A DNA stretch of 47,529 nt, taken from a virus. Its lineage: Duplodnaviria; Caudoviricetes. Below the pieces are notes generated by a model, which was not told the origin of the DNA, ran no database searches, and saw only the letters and a list, made by a program, of their open reading frames with translations. The translations under genes were made by a program, and so were the position numbers. Of the stretch, positions 19,294 to 28,503 are shown in pieces; the stretch's first letter is position 1, and every line of letters starts with the position of its first letter. The stretch lies in IMG/VR virus record IMGVR_UViG_3300034349_000030, positions 1 through 47,529 of that record, one strand, 5' to 3'.

Positions 19294-19643
19294 TGCAAAC
19301 AATACCCTTCACATCGGATCCGTGGGCAAGCTTCACCACCTTTCTTGGTGGGGTTGAGTACCGTTTTGCGCAATACTTCAATGAGCGCAATGCCCGGTGG
19401 AGCTTCGATCTAAGCCTCGAGCGTACCGGAGAGATGTTGGCTGCGGGCATCCCAATCCTCATCGGTTGCGATTTGCTGGCTCCCTACGCGCTTGGCATCG
19501 GCACCTTGCTTGCCGTGGACTTGTCCGCCGCTGCGGCCGTTGAGGCTGCGGGAATCCTCCCACAATCGGTGGATGCCGGCCCGGAGGATCTAGGGGCTCG
19601 GGTTATTGTGGTCTTCATCGCTCCCGGTGAGGTAATCGAATGA
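19293..19643 (+). CDS. Small baseplate (plug-like) protein
   Basis: ATG overlaps the upstream TGA. L.G..Y.F...FN.R...W..DL and GIP...G.DLL motifs. Confidence 0.75.
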   Translation: MQTIPFTSDPWASFTTFLGGVEYRFAQYFNERNARWSFDLSLERTGEMLAAGIPILIGCDLLAPYALGIGTLLAVDLSAAAAVEAAGILPQSVDAGPEDLGARVIVVFIAPGEVIE

Positions 19644-20629
19644 TGACAGCGACGGAGAAGCATTCCGTCAAGTGGCTTCGAAAGTGCCAACTCCTTGTGG
19701 GCAAGGATGGCAATGGGGAGGTGTGGCCATCCTCCGGGCTCCTTGTGGAGCACCTCCGTATTGCGTTTGACATCACCAAGACGATTTATCGGACCCCCAA
19801 CGTGGGTACGATCCGCATCTACAATCTAAGCGAATCCGATGAGCGAAAGGTGGATCGCGAGTTCAATGACGTAATACTGCAAGGGGGATACCAAAGTAAC
19901 AACCGGCTTTTTTTCCGCGGCAACATCAAGTATTGCAACATCTACCGGGACGGGAACGATCGGATCACGGAGCTAAATTGCGGGGATGGGGATAAGGACT
20001 TCAAGGGGACGCTAGTCAACTTCGCGCTAGCCGCCGGGCATACGGACGCGGATGCCATCCGGCAATTGCTCCACTCTTTCAAGGCTACGACATTGGGCCA
20101 CGTCCACGGCAAGGATCTATTCCGCAAACGGAGCCGAGGCCGGGTGTTCTCCGGCAATGCCAGAGATATCTTGGACCGGGTTGCCGAGGACAACGCGGCC
20201 GAGTGGAGTATTCAAGATGGTAAGCTCATCATGGTGCCGGTGGATTCCACCCTCCCCAATGAGGCCATTGAGGTGGATTCGGAGACGGGCTTGGTTGGCA
20301 CCCCCGAAGTGAATGACAAGGGTATTACCATCAAGACGTTTTTCGATCCTCGCATCGTCCCGGGCTCCAAGCTTTGGCTCCGGAACAATGAGGTGAAAAT
20401 GCGGCACCTCAAAGCTGAACTCAAAGGGCAAAAGCGCAAGCTTCACGGCCCATCGAAGCCGGCACGCACGGATCCGGATGGAATCTATAAAGTGTATGCG
20501 GCGCACATCACCGGAGACACCCGAGACGTTGAGTGGTTCTCTGAGTGCAAGTGTGTTGCCCTCGATGCCAAGATCCCATCAATCAAAGGCCTCCCACAAT
20601 CCACCACTCCGGACGGAGACATTCTATGA
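19640..20629 (+). CDS. Baseplate hub protein
   Basis: I.F.ITK, I.IYNL, L..GY, F.G.I, DGD, WSIQDG, TGL.G.PE, G.TR..EW. Confidence 0.85.
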   Translation: MMTATEKHSVKWLRKCQLLVGKDGNGEVWPSSGLLVEHLRIAFDITKTIYRTPNVGTIRIYNLSESDERKVDREFNDVILQGGYQSNNRLFFRGNIKYCNIYRDGNDRITELNCGDGDKDFKGTLVNFALAAGHTDADAIRQLLHSFKATTLGHVHGKDLFRKRSRGRVFSGNARDILDRVAEDNAAEWSIQDGKLIMVPVDSTLPNEAIEVDSETGLVGTPEVNDKGITIKTFFDPRIVPGSKLWLRNNEVKMRHLKAELKGQKRKLHGPSKPARTDPDGIYKVYAAHITGDTRDVEWFSECKCVALDAKIPSIKGLPQSTTPDGDIL

Positions 20630-21318
20630 CCGATCTTCTAGCTCAAAGGCAATACGAAGAGGCCGGGGTAAACGATGAGGCCGCGGCCACTAAGGCCGCA
20701 GTCTTGGCAGAGAAGCTCAACACGCACACCAACACGATCGCCATTGTGGAGAGCTTCAACCCCACCAAGCAAACGGCCGTTGTGCGGCCCGTGGCCAAAC
20801 GCTACTTCATTGGGGAGGGCTTCAAGCCTCTTCCTCCCATCATGGATGTGCCGGTGATGTTCCCCCGCGGTGGGGGCTTCGTCCTAACCTTCCCCGTGGA
20901 GAAGGGGGACGAATGCGCGGTATGGTTTGCCGAGAGAGCGATCGATGAGTGGCACAAGGCCGGAGGGGTGCAAGAGCCGGGCACCTTCCGAACCCATGAC
21001 ATGTCGGACGCATTCGCCCAAGTGGGGATTTCTAGCATCCCTCGAGCGGTCTCCAACTTCAACGGTAGGTCCGTGGAGCTGCGGAGGTTGGACGGAGAGG
21101 CCAAAGTCCAGATTGACGGGAAGGATATCAACGTCACTTCCTCCACCGGAGACGTCTCGATCTCCTCATCCGTTGGCACCATCAAGCTCAACGCTCCCGC
21201 GGGAGCGAATCCGATCGTCAATGGGGTGTTGAATGGTTCACACCCATGCCCAATCCTTGGAGCTGTCCACGGAGCTTTTGGGCCTCCTTGTCAACGCGTG
21301 CTAGCGGGGAACACATGA
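20626..21318 (+). CDS. Baseplate central spike (Gp138/gpV-like)
   Basis: DVPV.FP.GG.F..TFP...GDEC...F.ER.ID.W and R.HD.SDA. ATG 20626 overlaps the upstream stop. Confidence 0.88.
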   Translation: MTDLLAQRQYEEAGVNDEAAATKAAVLAEKLNTHTNTIAIVESFNPTKQTAVVRPVAKRYFIGEGFKPLPPIMDVPVMFPRGGGFVLTFPVEKGDECAVWFAERAIDEWHKAGGVQEPGTFRTHDMSDAFAQVGISSIPRAVSNFNGRSVELRRLDGEAKVQIDGKDINVTSSTGDVSISSSVGTIKLNAPAGANPIVNGVLNGSHPCPILGAVHGAFGPPCQRVLAGNT

Positions 21319-21719
21319 TTAACCGTAGGCTTGCAAAGGTTGGCTCCGGTACTACCGCGTATTACGACATAACCGGAGGGCATGGGATCCAAGACTTCGC
21401 AACGGGGGGTGAGGCCACGATCCAAAAGATCCGCGGCACTCTCAACCTCATCCTCGGTGAGTGGTTTCTCGACATCACCCAAGGAATTCCTTGGATTCGA
21501 AATCCAAACGCGAGTGAGCGCACCATCCTTGGTTCCTTCCCCGCCGATCCTATGTATGCGGAGACTGTCATCAAGGCCGCGATTTTGCGTGTTGAGGGAG
21601 TGCACGCCATTACGCAATTCACGCTAGACTTCAATCACACAACCCGGGCCGCATCTTGCAGCATCCTAGGGGTGCTCGAGAGTGGAGCCCCCTTCACCGT
21701 TTCGGAGGCCGTCCTATGA
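21315..21719 (+). CDS. Baseplate wedge/sheath initiator (gp25-like)
   Basis: Q.I...L....GEWFLD...G.PW and I...EGV..I motifs; ATGA overlap. Confidence 0.8.
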   Translation: MINRRLAKVGSGTTAYYDITGGHGIQDFATGGEATIQKIRGTLNLILGEWFLDITQGIPWIRNPNASERTILGSFPADPMYAETVIKAAILRVEGVHAITQFTLDFNHTTRAASCSILGVLESGAPFTVSEAVL

Positions 21720-22978
21720 GCACCACCCTTTTCTCCGGACAGCTTACTTCCGCGGGCTTCGTTCGCGTCCCTATGACCGCGATCAAGTCCTACCTAGATA
21801 ATCTGTATTACGCGGCTTATGGCAGCGATGCTGACATGTCCGCCACAAGCCCGGACGGCCAAATCAGCGGGAGCCTTGCGGAGATGTTTGATGACTTGAA
21901 CGGCATTGCCCAAGACACCCACCGAGGGCTTGGAGATCCGAATGCGGCTACCGGGCAAATGCTCTCCGGGCTCATGGTGCTAACGGGATGCCCGCGGAAC
22001 GGATCCTCTAAGAGCACGGCTCCCGCAATCTTCATCGGCACCCCCGGCACCGTGATCGACACAACCAAGGTGATTCAATCCACATATGATGGGTCACTTT
22101 GGAGCCCAATCGCTCCGGCTACCATCGGCTTGGGAGGGACGGTCTCCGGAACTTTGCAGTGTAACGAGTCCGGCCCTCCCCGCAATGGCAGAGTGCCCGC
22201 GGACTCCTTGACGGTCATTCAAACAACGGTGGATGGTTGGGACGCGGTCTCCAACTCGGTGGGGGTGCCAGGATACAACGTGGAAAGCGATCCGAATGCC
22301 CGCGTCCGGCGGCAACAGTCCGTGGCCATCGCCTCCCAAGGTATGACGGACGGGCTCCAAGCCACCTTGAAGAAGCTCCCCCATGTGATTGATGCGGTGG
22401 TGTGGGAGAATGACAAGAGTGAGATCGTTGTGGTGGGATCCTCGGAAAACACCATCAACCCCAATAGCCTCCGGGTTTTCGTTCGCGTGGACTTGGGGAG
22501 TAGCTCGGATCCCGCGGAGACCACCACCGATGCGGATCCGGTGGCAAATACCATCTTCCTCCTCAAGGGCCATGGGTGTGGAACTCAAGGGAGTATTACG
22601 AAACACCCACTTGATGCGGTGGGGGTTGCACAAACCATCAACTATGATCTCGCGACTCCACTTTCGGTGGGAGTTACTGTCACTTTGTCCAAGCGCTACA
22701 ATTACCCCACCGATGGGGACAAGAGGATCTCGGATGCGATCACGGCTTGGGCCGCGGGCTCAAACAAAGTCACGGGCAAGCCCAACATCCAAGTCTCTGG
22801 AAATGACAAGGGCCAATTGTCTTGGACGGATGTCCTCGCGGCCTTCCTCAATTCCGTTCCGGGCTTCGATTTCGTCGGGCTCTCTTTCACCACCGATGCG
22901 GGCACCGTAGCGGGAAACCTCCCCGTCCCATTCGGATCCTTTGTCGAGATCTCATCGGTCTCGGTGGTGGAGGTTTAA
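21716..22978 (+). CDS. Baseplate J-like wedge protein
   Basis: SPDGQ, P..ATG..L, G...ESD...R.R, V.EN, G.GT.G motifs. Confidence 0.88.
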   Translation: MSTTLFSGQLTSAGFVRVPMTAIKSYLDNLYYAAYGSDADMSATSPDGQISGSLAEMFDDLNGIAQDTHRGLGDPNAATGQMLSGLMVLTGCPRNGSSKSTAPAIFIGTPGTVIDTTKVIQSTYDGSLWSPIAPATIGLGGTVSGTLQCNESGPPRNGRVPADSLTVIQTTVDGWDAVSNSVGVPGYNVESDPNARVRRQQSVAIASQGMTDGLQATLKKLPHVIDAVVWENDKSEIVVVGSSENTINPNSLRVFVRVDLGSSSDPAETTTDADPVANTIFLLKGHGCGTQGSITKHPLDAVGVAQTINYDLATPLSVGVTVTLSKRYNYPTDGDKRISDAITAWAAGSNKVTGKPNIQVSGNDKGQLSWTDVLAAFLNSVPGFDFVGLSFTTDAGTVAGNLPVPFGSFVEISSVSVVEV

Positions 22979-22981
22979 CCC

Positions 22982-23698
22982 ATGGCATCCCCCACCATCG
23001 ACTTGGTTGGAACTCCCGGAGACCGCAACACGCAAGGCCTCGGCCGCCTCACCGGGCAGTTCGTGCCCTCCGTGAAGCTTGTTGCACTCCTCCGGGGGAT
23101 CCTCGAGCTTGGCCAAGACATGGAGCTTCTCCTCCAAAAGCTTGGCCGCTATCTCAATCCGGTGGACGATGCTACGCAAGCCACGGCCAACACGGACGGA
23201 GCCGTAGGGGCCCAACTGCTAGCAATTGGGGCAATTGTGGGGGTGTCTAACGTAGTCCCGGGCCCCACCGGGCAGCTCACCCTAACGGATGCGCAATACT
23301 TGAAGCTCATCCTTGCGCGCATCTACCGGAACCACGTCAAGGGTGGCACCCTCCCACAACTCCTCGAGGCCTTGCAAATCGTGATGCCCGATTTGACCAC
23401 ATCGGACCTTGTCCGCATTACGGAGATCGGACATATGACCACCCTCGTAGCCGTAGGCCGGGAGGTGGAGGCTTGGGAGGCGGGCATCTTCAACCTCACG
23501 AGTGGGGTATCCATGTCACGTGGGGCCGTGCTCCCACGTCCCACCGGGGTGAGCCTCTCCCAATATTGGTGGGCCGATGGATGCTTCACCTTTGCCCTTG
23601 AAAGTGACGTCACAACTCTAGAAGATCCAAATGGTGTGGGATTCAATACAACCGAAAGCGCAACCGTAGGCATTGGCCGATGGGCGGAGGATTTTTGA
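22982..23698 (+). CDS. Baseplate wedge protein (DUF2612-like)
   Basis: AVG.QL..IG.IVG, L.D..Y...I.ARI..N...GT, P.P.GV. Confidence 0.8.
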   Translation: MASPTIDLVGTPGDRNTQGLGRLTGQFVPSVKLVALLRGILELGQDMELLLQKLGRYLNPVDDATQATANTDGAVGAQLLAIGAIVGVSNVVPGPTGQLTLTDAQYLKLILARIYRNHVKGGTLPQLLEALQIVMPDLTTSDLVRITEIGHMTTLVAVGREVEAWEAGIFNLTSGVSMSRGAVLPRPTGVSLSQYWWADGCFTFALESDVTTLEDPNGVGFNTTESATVGIGRWAEDF

Positions 23699-23699
23699 C

Positions 23700-24458
23700 A
23701 TGAGCATCTCAAAGCCGGCACTCTCCGTTATTTGGGGTTCCGATGCCTCGGGCAACCTTCTCGATCCCGGAGGGGTTAAGAATACGGGCATGCCCGCGGG
23801 GGCCAAGTCGATCCCAAGAAGGTGGATGAATTGGATCCTCAACAAGACGGATTCAGCGGGGAGGTACTTACTCGGCCGTGGGGTTCCGGATTGGGATGTC
23901 GGAGAGACATACTCAATTGACGATCGCGTGCAATACAACGGAAGCACCTACGCGTGCACGCATCCCCCGCTAGCTCACCAAACCCCCGCGGATGCTTCTT
24001 ACTGGCAGCGGTGGGGCTTCACCGCTCTTGAGTTCGAAGGAAAGTTCTCCGACATGCTCTCCGCGGCATTTGGGGGCCTCTTCTCCACGGCCTTTGAAGC
24101 TGCGTTTGGCGCCAAGGTGGCAATCACGGACGTCCGGAGCTTGGTTACCGTGGATCCCCTTGTCTCCAATGGGGTGGCCAAGGCCGTGGCAATCGGCAAC
24201 CTTCGGATCATGCTCCTTACCTTTACAGGTAATACGGACTTGACATCATTCCCCATCACCTTTGCCGATGCCATAGGGTGGGCAAGGAGCGGCCATATCT
24301 TCCCATTTGTGCGCGGCTCCGGGCAAGGTGGAGCCCCAACCTACACCACGATCGCAAACGGCTCCATGGGGGTTGTTAATGTTGGGTATTTGGGGGGCAT
24401 CGGTGGGCTTGGGTCCACTTGGCAGATTGATATGGTGATCTTCAATACGGTTGCGTAA
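23700..24458 (+). CDS. Proximal tail fibre protein with a CBM5/12-like module
   Basis: P...MNW.LN attachment motif, then G.P.W....Y...D.V.YNG..Y...YW. Confidence 0.75.
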   Translation: MSISKPALSVIWGSDASGNLLDPGGVKNTGMPAGAKSIPRRWMNWILNKTDSAGRYLLGRGVPDWDVGETYSIDDRVQYNGSTYACTHPPLAHQTPADASYWQRWGFTALEFEGKFSDMLSAAFGGLFSTAFEAAFGAKVAITDVRSLVTVDPLVSNGVAKAVAIGNLRIMLLTFTGNTDLTSFPITFADAIGWARSGHIFPFVRGSGQGGAPTYTTIANGSMGVVNVGYLGGIGGLGSTWQIDMVIFNTVA

Positions 24459-24461
24459 TAC

Positions 24462-25931
24462 ATGAGTCTCCGGGGTGATCGCATAGGTGTTGAGGTTGCG
24501 GATGCGCTAGGCCGCAGTCCGACCGATGAGCTACGCGATGCCAAGCGGGACGTATGGAGGAGGGTGTGTAACGCCCTCGATCCGTACCTCCTCGATTCTT
24601 GGTTGGACATCTACGCGGATCCCACCCTCGAGAATACGACAATGCCGGACGGCTCCCCCGTGGAGCCAAAGACAGTTGCTTGGCAGATTGCCGGGGGCCT
24701 CCCCGTTGCGATTTGGGTTAAGTTCGGCTTGGGGATGAAGGATTGGGATCTCATTTGGCCCGTTGGAGGCGGCCGTGGGTTTGGGATTTTGCGGACGGCC
24801 TATGAGATCGACTTCACCACGTTAACCCCCCAAAACCTTCTCACGGGAGGTGATGGGGCCAAGACAATAGGCGGGAAGCCGTGGACGCTAGCCCAATCGG
24901 GACGGCTTGCAGTTGCCGCGCTCAATGGTGGAACATACCCCGGCATCTACTTAAAGTGTAATACGGAGATTTCCGTAAACTCCCAACATGTCCTAAATGG
25001 TGGGGCCCTTTACACCCCAATCCCTACCCTATCGGATGCGCTTGCCGTGAATGCACGGCCGCAGATTGCGGAAACGTGGCTATGGGTGCTTGGCAGCGTC
25101 CCGCATGCCCCTACGGCAGATTTCGAGAGCACCCACGTGGGGTTGATTTGGTCCGTTCAATCTTACACCTACAACGGCCTTGTTAAGTTTTCCATCGGGG
25201 ATGGGGCCAATAGCCTTGACTCTCCGACAAAGTCTTACGGCAGGACACAATTTTCCGTGGGTGGTAATGACACCTATGGAGAGGCCCGGGAGCAGGTTCA
25301 ATATGGAGCTTGGGCGTTCCGGATTCTCCCCGGTGAGGTGGAGTGCTACACCACCGATGCCCCGGGAGATGGCAGCTTCCCGGATATCAAGGCCCTAAAA
25401 TTCCGCGGCCGTGCTCCCTTCATTGCCTACGATGGGGTGCCAGGAGAGCAACACGGCAACGCCAAGGAATTCTACAACGTTTGGTTTTCTGTAATGTCCG
25501 GTAATACGCTAGGGCATCAAGACTTAGTGCTTCGGAAGATGCGGATCCAATACCTCCCCACCGCGATGGGGAGCGCTCCAACTCCCTCCACGGCCCGAGT
25601 GGATGAGCCTTTCTTCCCCGTTGGGATTACGGATGGGGTGTTGGGAGACTTTGGCGGGCATCGCAATTTGCTTGTTACGGGCTCCGGCCCATTGGTGGGC
25701 ATCCCGTCCGCAAGCCTCATCGGCGGGGAGAAACTCTCCCTCACGTTCACCGCTGACACCACGATCACGGCCATGGGCTCTCCAAGCTCCGGCTCCAAAA
25801 TCAAAACCCCAAGGATGGGGGATCCAAGTCCTCAAGACATCCACCTCAAGGCGGATGACACGGTGGAGGTGCAATTCCGCATCGACACAACGCCAACCTT
25901 CTGGAAAGTGATTGGGGGATCCTACGCATGA
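24462..25931 (+). CDS. Putative tail fibre/receptor-binding protein
   Basis: Located in the fibre locus, beta-rich. Shares a roughly 250-aa domain with the next gene. Confidence 0.6.
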   Translation: MSLRGDRIGVEVADALGRSPTDELRDAKRDVWRRVCNALDPYLLDSWLDIYADPTLENTTMPDGSPVEPKTVAWQIAGGLPVAIWVKFGLGMKDWDLIWPVGGGRGFGILRTAYEIDFTTLTPQNLLTGGDGAKTIGGKPWTLAQSGRLAVAALNGGTYPGIYLKCNTEISVNSQHVLNGGALYTPIPTLSDALAVNARPQIAETWLWVLGSVPHAPTADFESTHVGLIWSVQSYTYNGLVKFSIGDGANSLDSPTKSYGRTQFSVGGNDTYGEAREQVQYGAWAFRILPGEVECYTTDAPGDGSFPDIKALKFRGRAPFIAYDGVPGEQHGNAKEFYNVWFSVMSGNTLGHQDLVLRKMRIQYLPTAMGSAPTPSTARVDEPFFPVGITDGVLGDFGGHRNLLVTGSGPLVGIPSASLIGGEKLSLTFTADTTITAMGSPSSGSKIKTPRMGDPSPQDIHLKADDTVEVQFRIDTTPTFWKVIGGSYA

Positions 25932-27346
25932 GATATATTTTGCGCATTGCTGGCCTTCTTGGTGCTCTGTTCTGCGTTGCTGCTTTGGTGGGGTATTTTG
26001 ATCGTCCCGCAGAGGCCGCGGGCATTTGTGGCATCCCCCGGATCGATTGCGATACGGGACACGTGGAGCCTTCCACAAAGATCGTGATCCCGGTCTCCCA
26101 AGTAACAGGGGCCGTGTCCTCTGCAACGCTTACGAATTACGCAAGCGTAACCCACACCCACACCATCACGGATGTATCAGGGGCCATCTCTACCGCAGTT
26201 CTCACGGACTACGAAACCACGATTGCCCATGCCTCGAGCTTGGCGGGATACCAAACCACCGCGGCCATGACAAACTATGCCACCTCCACCGATCCGCGGC
26301 TTTCGGATGCTCGAGCCCCCACGGGCAACGTGTATGCCGGCCCGGGCATCCGTTGGACAACGGGCACGGATACTGCCACGGGCACATCTGCGGCCCTCTC
26401 CGCCTCTCCCAAGGCCCAAGTTGCGGGTGTGTTGGAATCTATGCTCTCCCTCTCCGACAACACCACGGCCAACGTTTCCACCACCGCTCACGGACTTTCG
26501 CCCAAGTGCCCGGGAGGCGGGACGTCCTATTGGCGGGATGATTGCACGTGGGGCACCCCATCCGGCGGAGGTGGTGGATCTTTGACCGCTGTCTATGCGA
26601 TCGACTTTTCAACCGTGACAAGCATCACCACCGGCACAAGCACGGTCACCACCACCAACATCCTCACGGGAGGGAATGGCACAAAGGTAATCGGCGGGAA
26701 GAAATGGACCATGGCCAACTCTGCCAACCTAGCCACGGCCGTGGTTAATGATGGCACCCATGCCGGCCTATACCTCAAGTGCAACACCAACAACTCAAAC
26801 AACTTCGACACCACGCTAACCGGCGGAGCCTTGTGGGCTCGTGTGAATGACTTGGCTCCGGGACTCGCTTCACAGAATTGGGGAACTATGTGGGTGGAGT
26901 ATATGTTCACCACTCCCCACGTCCCGAACGCCAACTACGAGGCCGCACACCTTGATCTGTTCTACGGCCCAACGTACACGATCGGGAATATGGCTAGGGT
27001 AGACGGGAACATCTCGTATTCAAGCCCGACGCTGTCATTTGTCTCATCCCTCACAGTGTCTAGCGCCGCAACAAGCTATAGCGCTTCGGATTCCTCGCAT
27101 AATTCGTATGACGTGGTTGCCATCAAGGTGGTATCGAATACGGCTTCGGTCTACATCGGCCAATCATCCGGGGGAGCATTCCCATCCGTGGGTAGCTTGC
27201 AGTTGATGGGGATTGCCACGGTCTCGAGCACTACCGTTCTGCAAATGGTATCCAACGAGTGGGCCGCGGTCTTTTCTGTCCGTTCCGGCAACACAAGCGG
27301 AGCCGCGGATCTACTGCTGAAAAAGCTTCAAATCCTTACCATGTAA
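25928..27346 (+). CDS. Tail-fibre-like protein with an N-terminal signal peptide
   Basis: Fibre motifs HTHTITDV, DPRLSDAR.PT and A..T.HGL; Thr-rich stalk; paralogous C-terminal domain; hydrophobic N-terminus ending in AEA. Confidence 0.6.
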   Translation: MRYILRIAGLLGALFCVAALVGYFDRPAEAAGICGIPRIDCDTGHVEPSTKIVIPVSQVTGAVSSATLTNYASVTHTHTITDVSGAISTAVLTDYETTIAHASSLAGYQTTAAMTNYATSTDPRLSDARAPTGNVYAGPGIRWTTGTDTATGTSAALSASPKAQVAGVLESMLSLSDNTTANVSTTAHGLSPKCPGGGTSYWRDDCTWGTPSGGGGGSLTAVYAIDFSTVTSITTGTSTVTTTNILTGGNGTKVIGGKKWTMANSANLATAVVNDGTHAGLYLKCNTNNSNNFDTTLTGGALWARVNDLAPGLASQNWGTMWVEYMFTTPHVPNANYEAAHLDLFYGPTYTIGNMARVDGNISYSSPTLSFVSSLTVSSAATSYSASDSSHNSYDVVAIKVVSNTASVYIGQSSGGAFPSVGSLQLMGIATVSSTTVLQMVSNEWAAVFSVRSGNTSGAADLLLKKLQILTM

Positions 27347-27384
27347 TACTGTTTTGTAGCACCCAAACCCGGAGCGTAGTACCC

Positions 27385-27774
27385 ATGACAAGCCCAATAG
27401 ATATCTTGACTGCGGATGAGGACGAGCCCGGATCGAATCCTACCGGAGGGATTGAGGACATCACCCCGGAGCAATTGGTATTGCTGGCCAAGAAGCCGGC
27501 ATCCATGTTGTGGACGATCCGCTACGTCAACGCCTCAAGCTCAAGATGTTGGGCTAAAAAGTGGGTGCGAAAATTCCGGGTTTGGTTGGCCATCGGGATC
27601 GGCTTCGGCATCGCCGTCAACGCCACGGGTTGGGCCGTCCTCACCCTACGCATGGAGAGGGTGGTAAAGGAAGTCCTCAAGGAAGAGGCCGCAAAGAAAA
27701 CCGCGCTCATCGAGGCCGGCCCCAATCCGGCCTTTGCCGCTATCCCTGCCACGGTTAAGGAGGTATCCCCATGA
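27385..27774 (+). CDS. Single-pass membrane protein of the lysis cassette
   Basis: GGAG RBS and ATG at 27385. One hydrophobic segment (VWLAIGIGFGIAVNATGWAVLTL). ATGA overlap with the next gene. Confidence 0.6.
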   Translation: MTSPIDILTADEDEPGSNPTGGIEDITPEQLVLLAKKPASMLWTIRYVNASSSRCWAKKWVRKFRVWLAIGIGFGIAVNATGWAVLTLRMERVVKEVLKEEAAKKTALIEAGPNPAFAAIPATVKEVSP

Positions 27775-28499
27775 AAGCGAAGCTCTTGAGTGTTGCGCGT
27801 TTCGTGCTTGGCCTTGTGTACCCTGTCACCAAGTCCAAGCTCCACCGGCTCCTCCACTTTGCCGGGCTTGCGTGCACGGCCGCGATCCTTGTGGTGGTGT
27901 GGCTCCCCTCCACGGGACTGCATATTGGGGCCCAAATCGAGGCTAGCTTTGCAACCATCATTGTTGCGGCTACGAACATCCGCGCGGCCATTCGTAAGCT
28001 TGATGAAAAGGTGGACGTGCTCCCCATCCCCGATGATTCCGGAAAGGTGCTCCCGCTGCGGCCCAAGGACTCCGGGCATGGCACCCCGGGTGTGCTCTTG
28101 CTTCTTGCCCTTGCGGTGGGGATGTCTTGGGCCATGGCCTCGAGGGCCTTTTGTGATGAGACCAAACCCAAGGTGTGGGATTGGGGTGGGGCCGTTGCCG
28201 CGGCCGTGGGAGCTTTCGATCTCAAGACGGGGGAGTACCTCGTGGGCCCCAACGCTCTCCCATTGGGGGCTTGCCTTGCCGTGAACTACCTCCCCTTGAG
28301 GCTTGGGGTGGACGGATGCTTCAACCTTCAAATAGGATCCGCGGCTCCCAATCGATACTTTCCCTCGCTCATGCTTCATTGGCGGGACTACTTCAACGCG
28401 GGGATAGGGATCCTCGGGCAGCAAACGGCGGACCATACCGGGCTCTTCTGGCACTTCATCGGGCTTCTTGGGGGACGTTTTGGCTTTGGGGGAGGTTGA
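27771..28499 (+). CDS. Holin-like membrane protein with a C-terminal beta-rich domain
   Basis: AAGGAGG RBS, three hydrophobic segments, directly upstream of the endolysin. Confidence 0.6.
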   Translation: MKAKLLSVARFVLGLVYPVTKSKLHRLLHFAGLACTAAILVVVWLPSTGLHIGAQIEASFATIIVAATNIRAAIRKLDEKVDVLPIPDDSGKVLPLRPKDSGHGTPGVLLLLALAVGMSWAMASRAFCDETKPKVWDWGGAVAAAVGAFDLKTGEYLVGPNALPLGACLAVNYLPLRLGVDGCFNLQIGSAAPNRYFPSLMLHWRDYFNAGIGILGQQTADHTGLFWHFIGLLGGRFGFGGG

Positions 28500-28503
28500 A
28501 GCC

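Noticed and set aside
24462-27346. Diversity-generating retroelement or invertible fibre cassette
   Set aside because: No reverse transcriptase or invertase was found. The paralogues are diverged at all bases and in the same orientation, with no adenine-specific template/variable pair.
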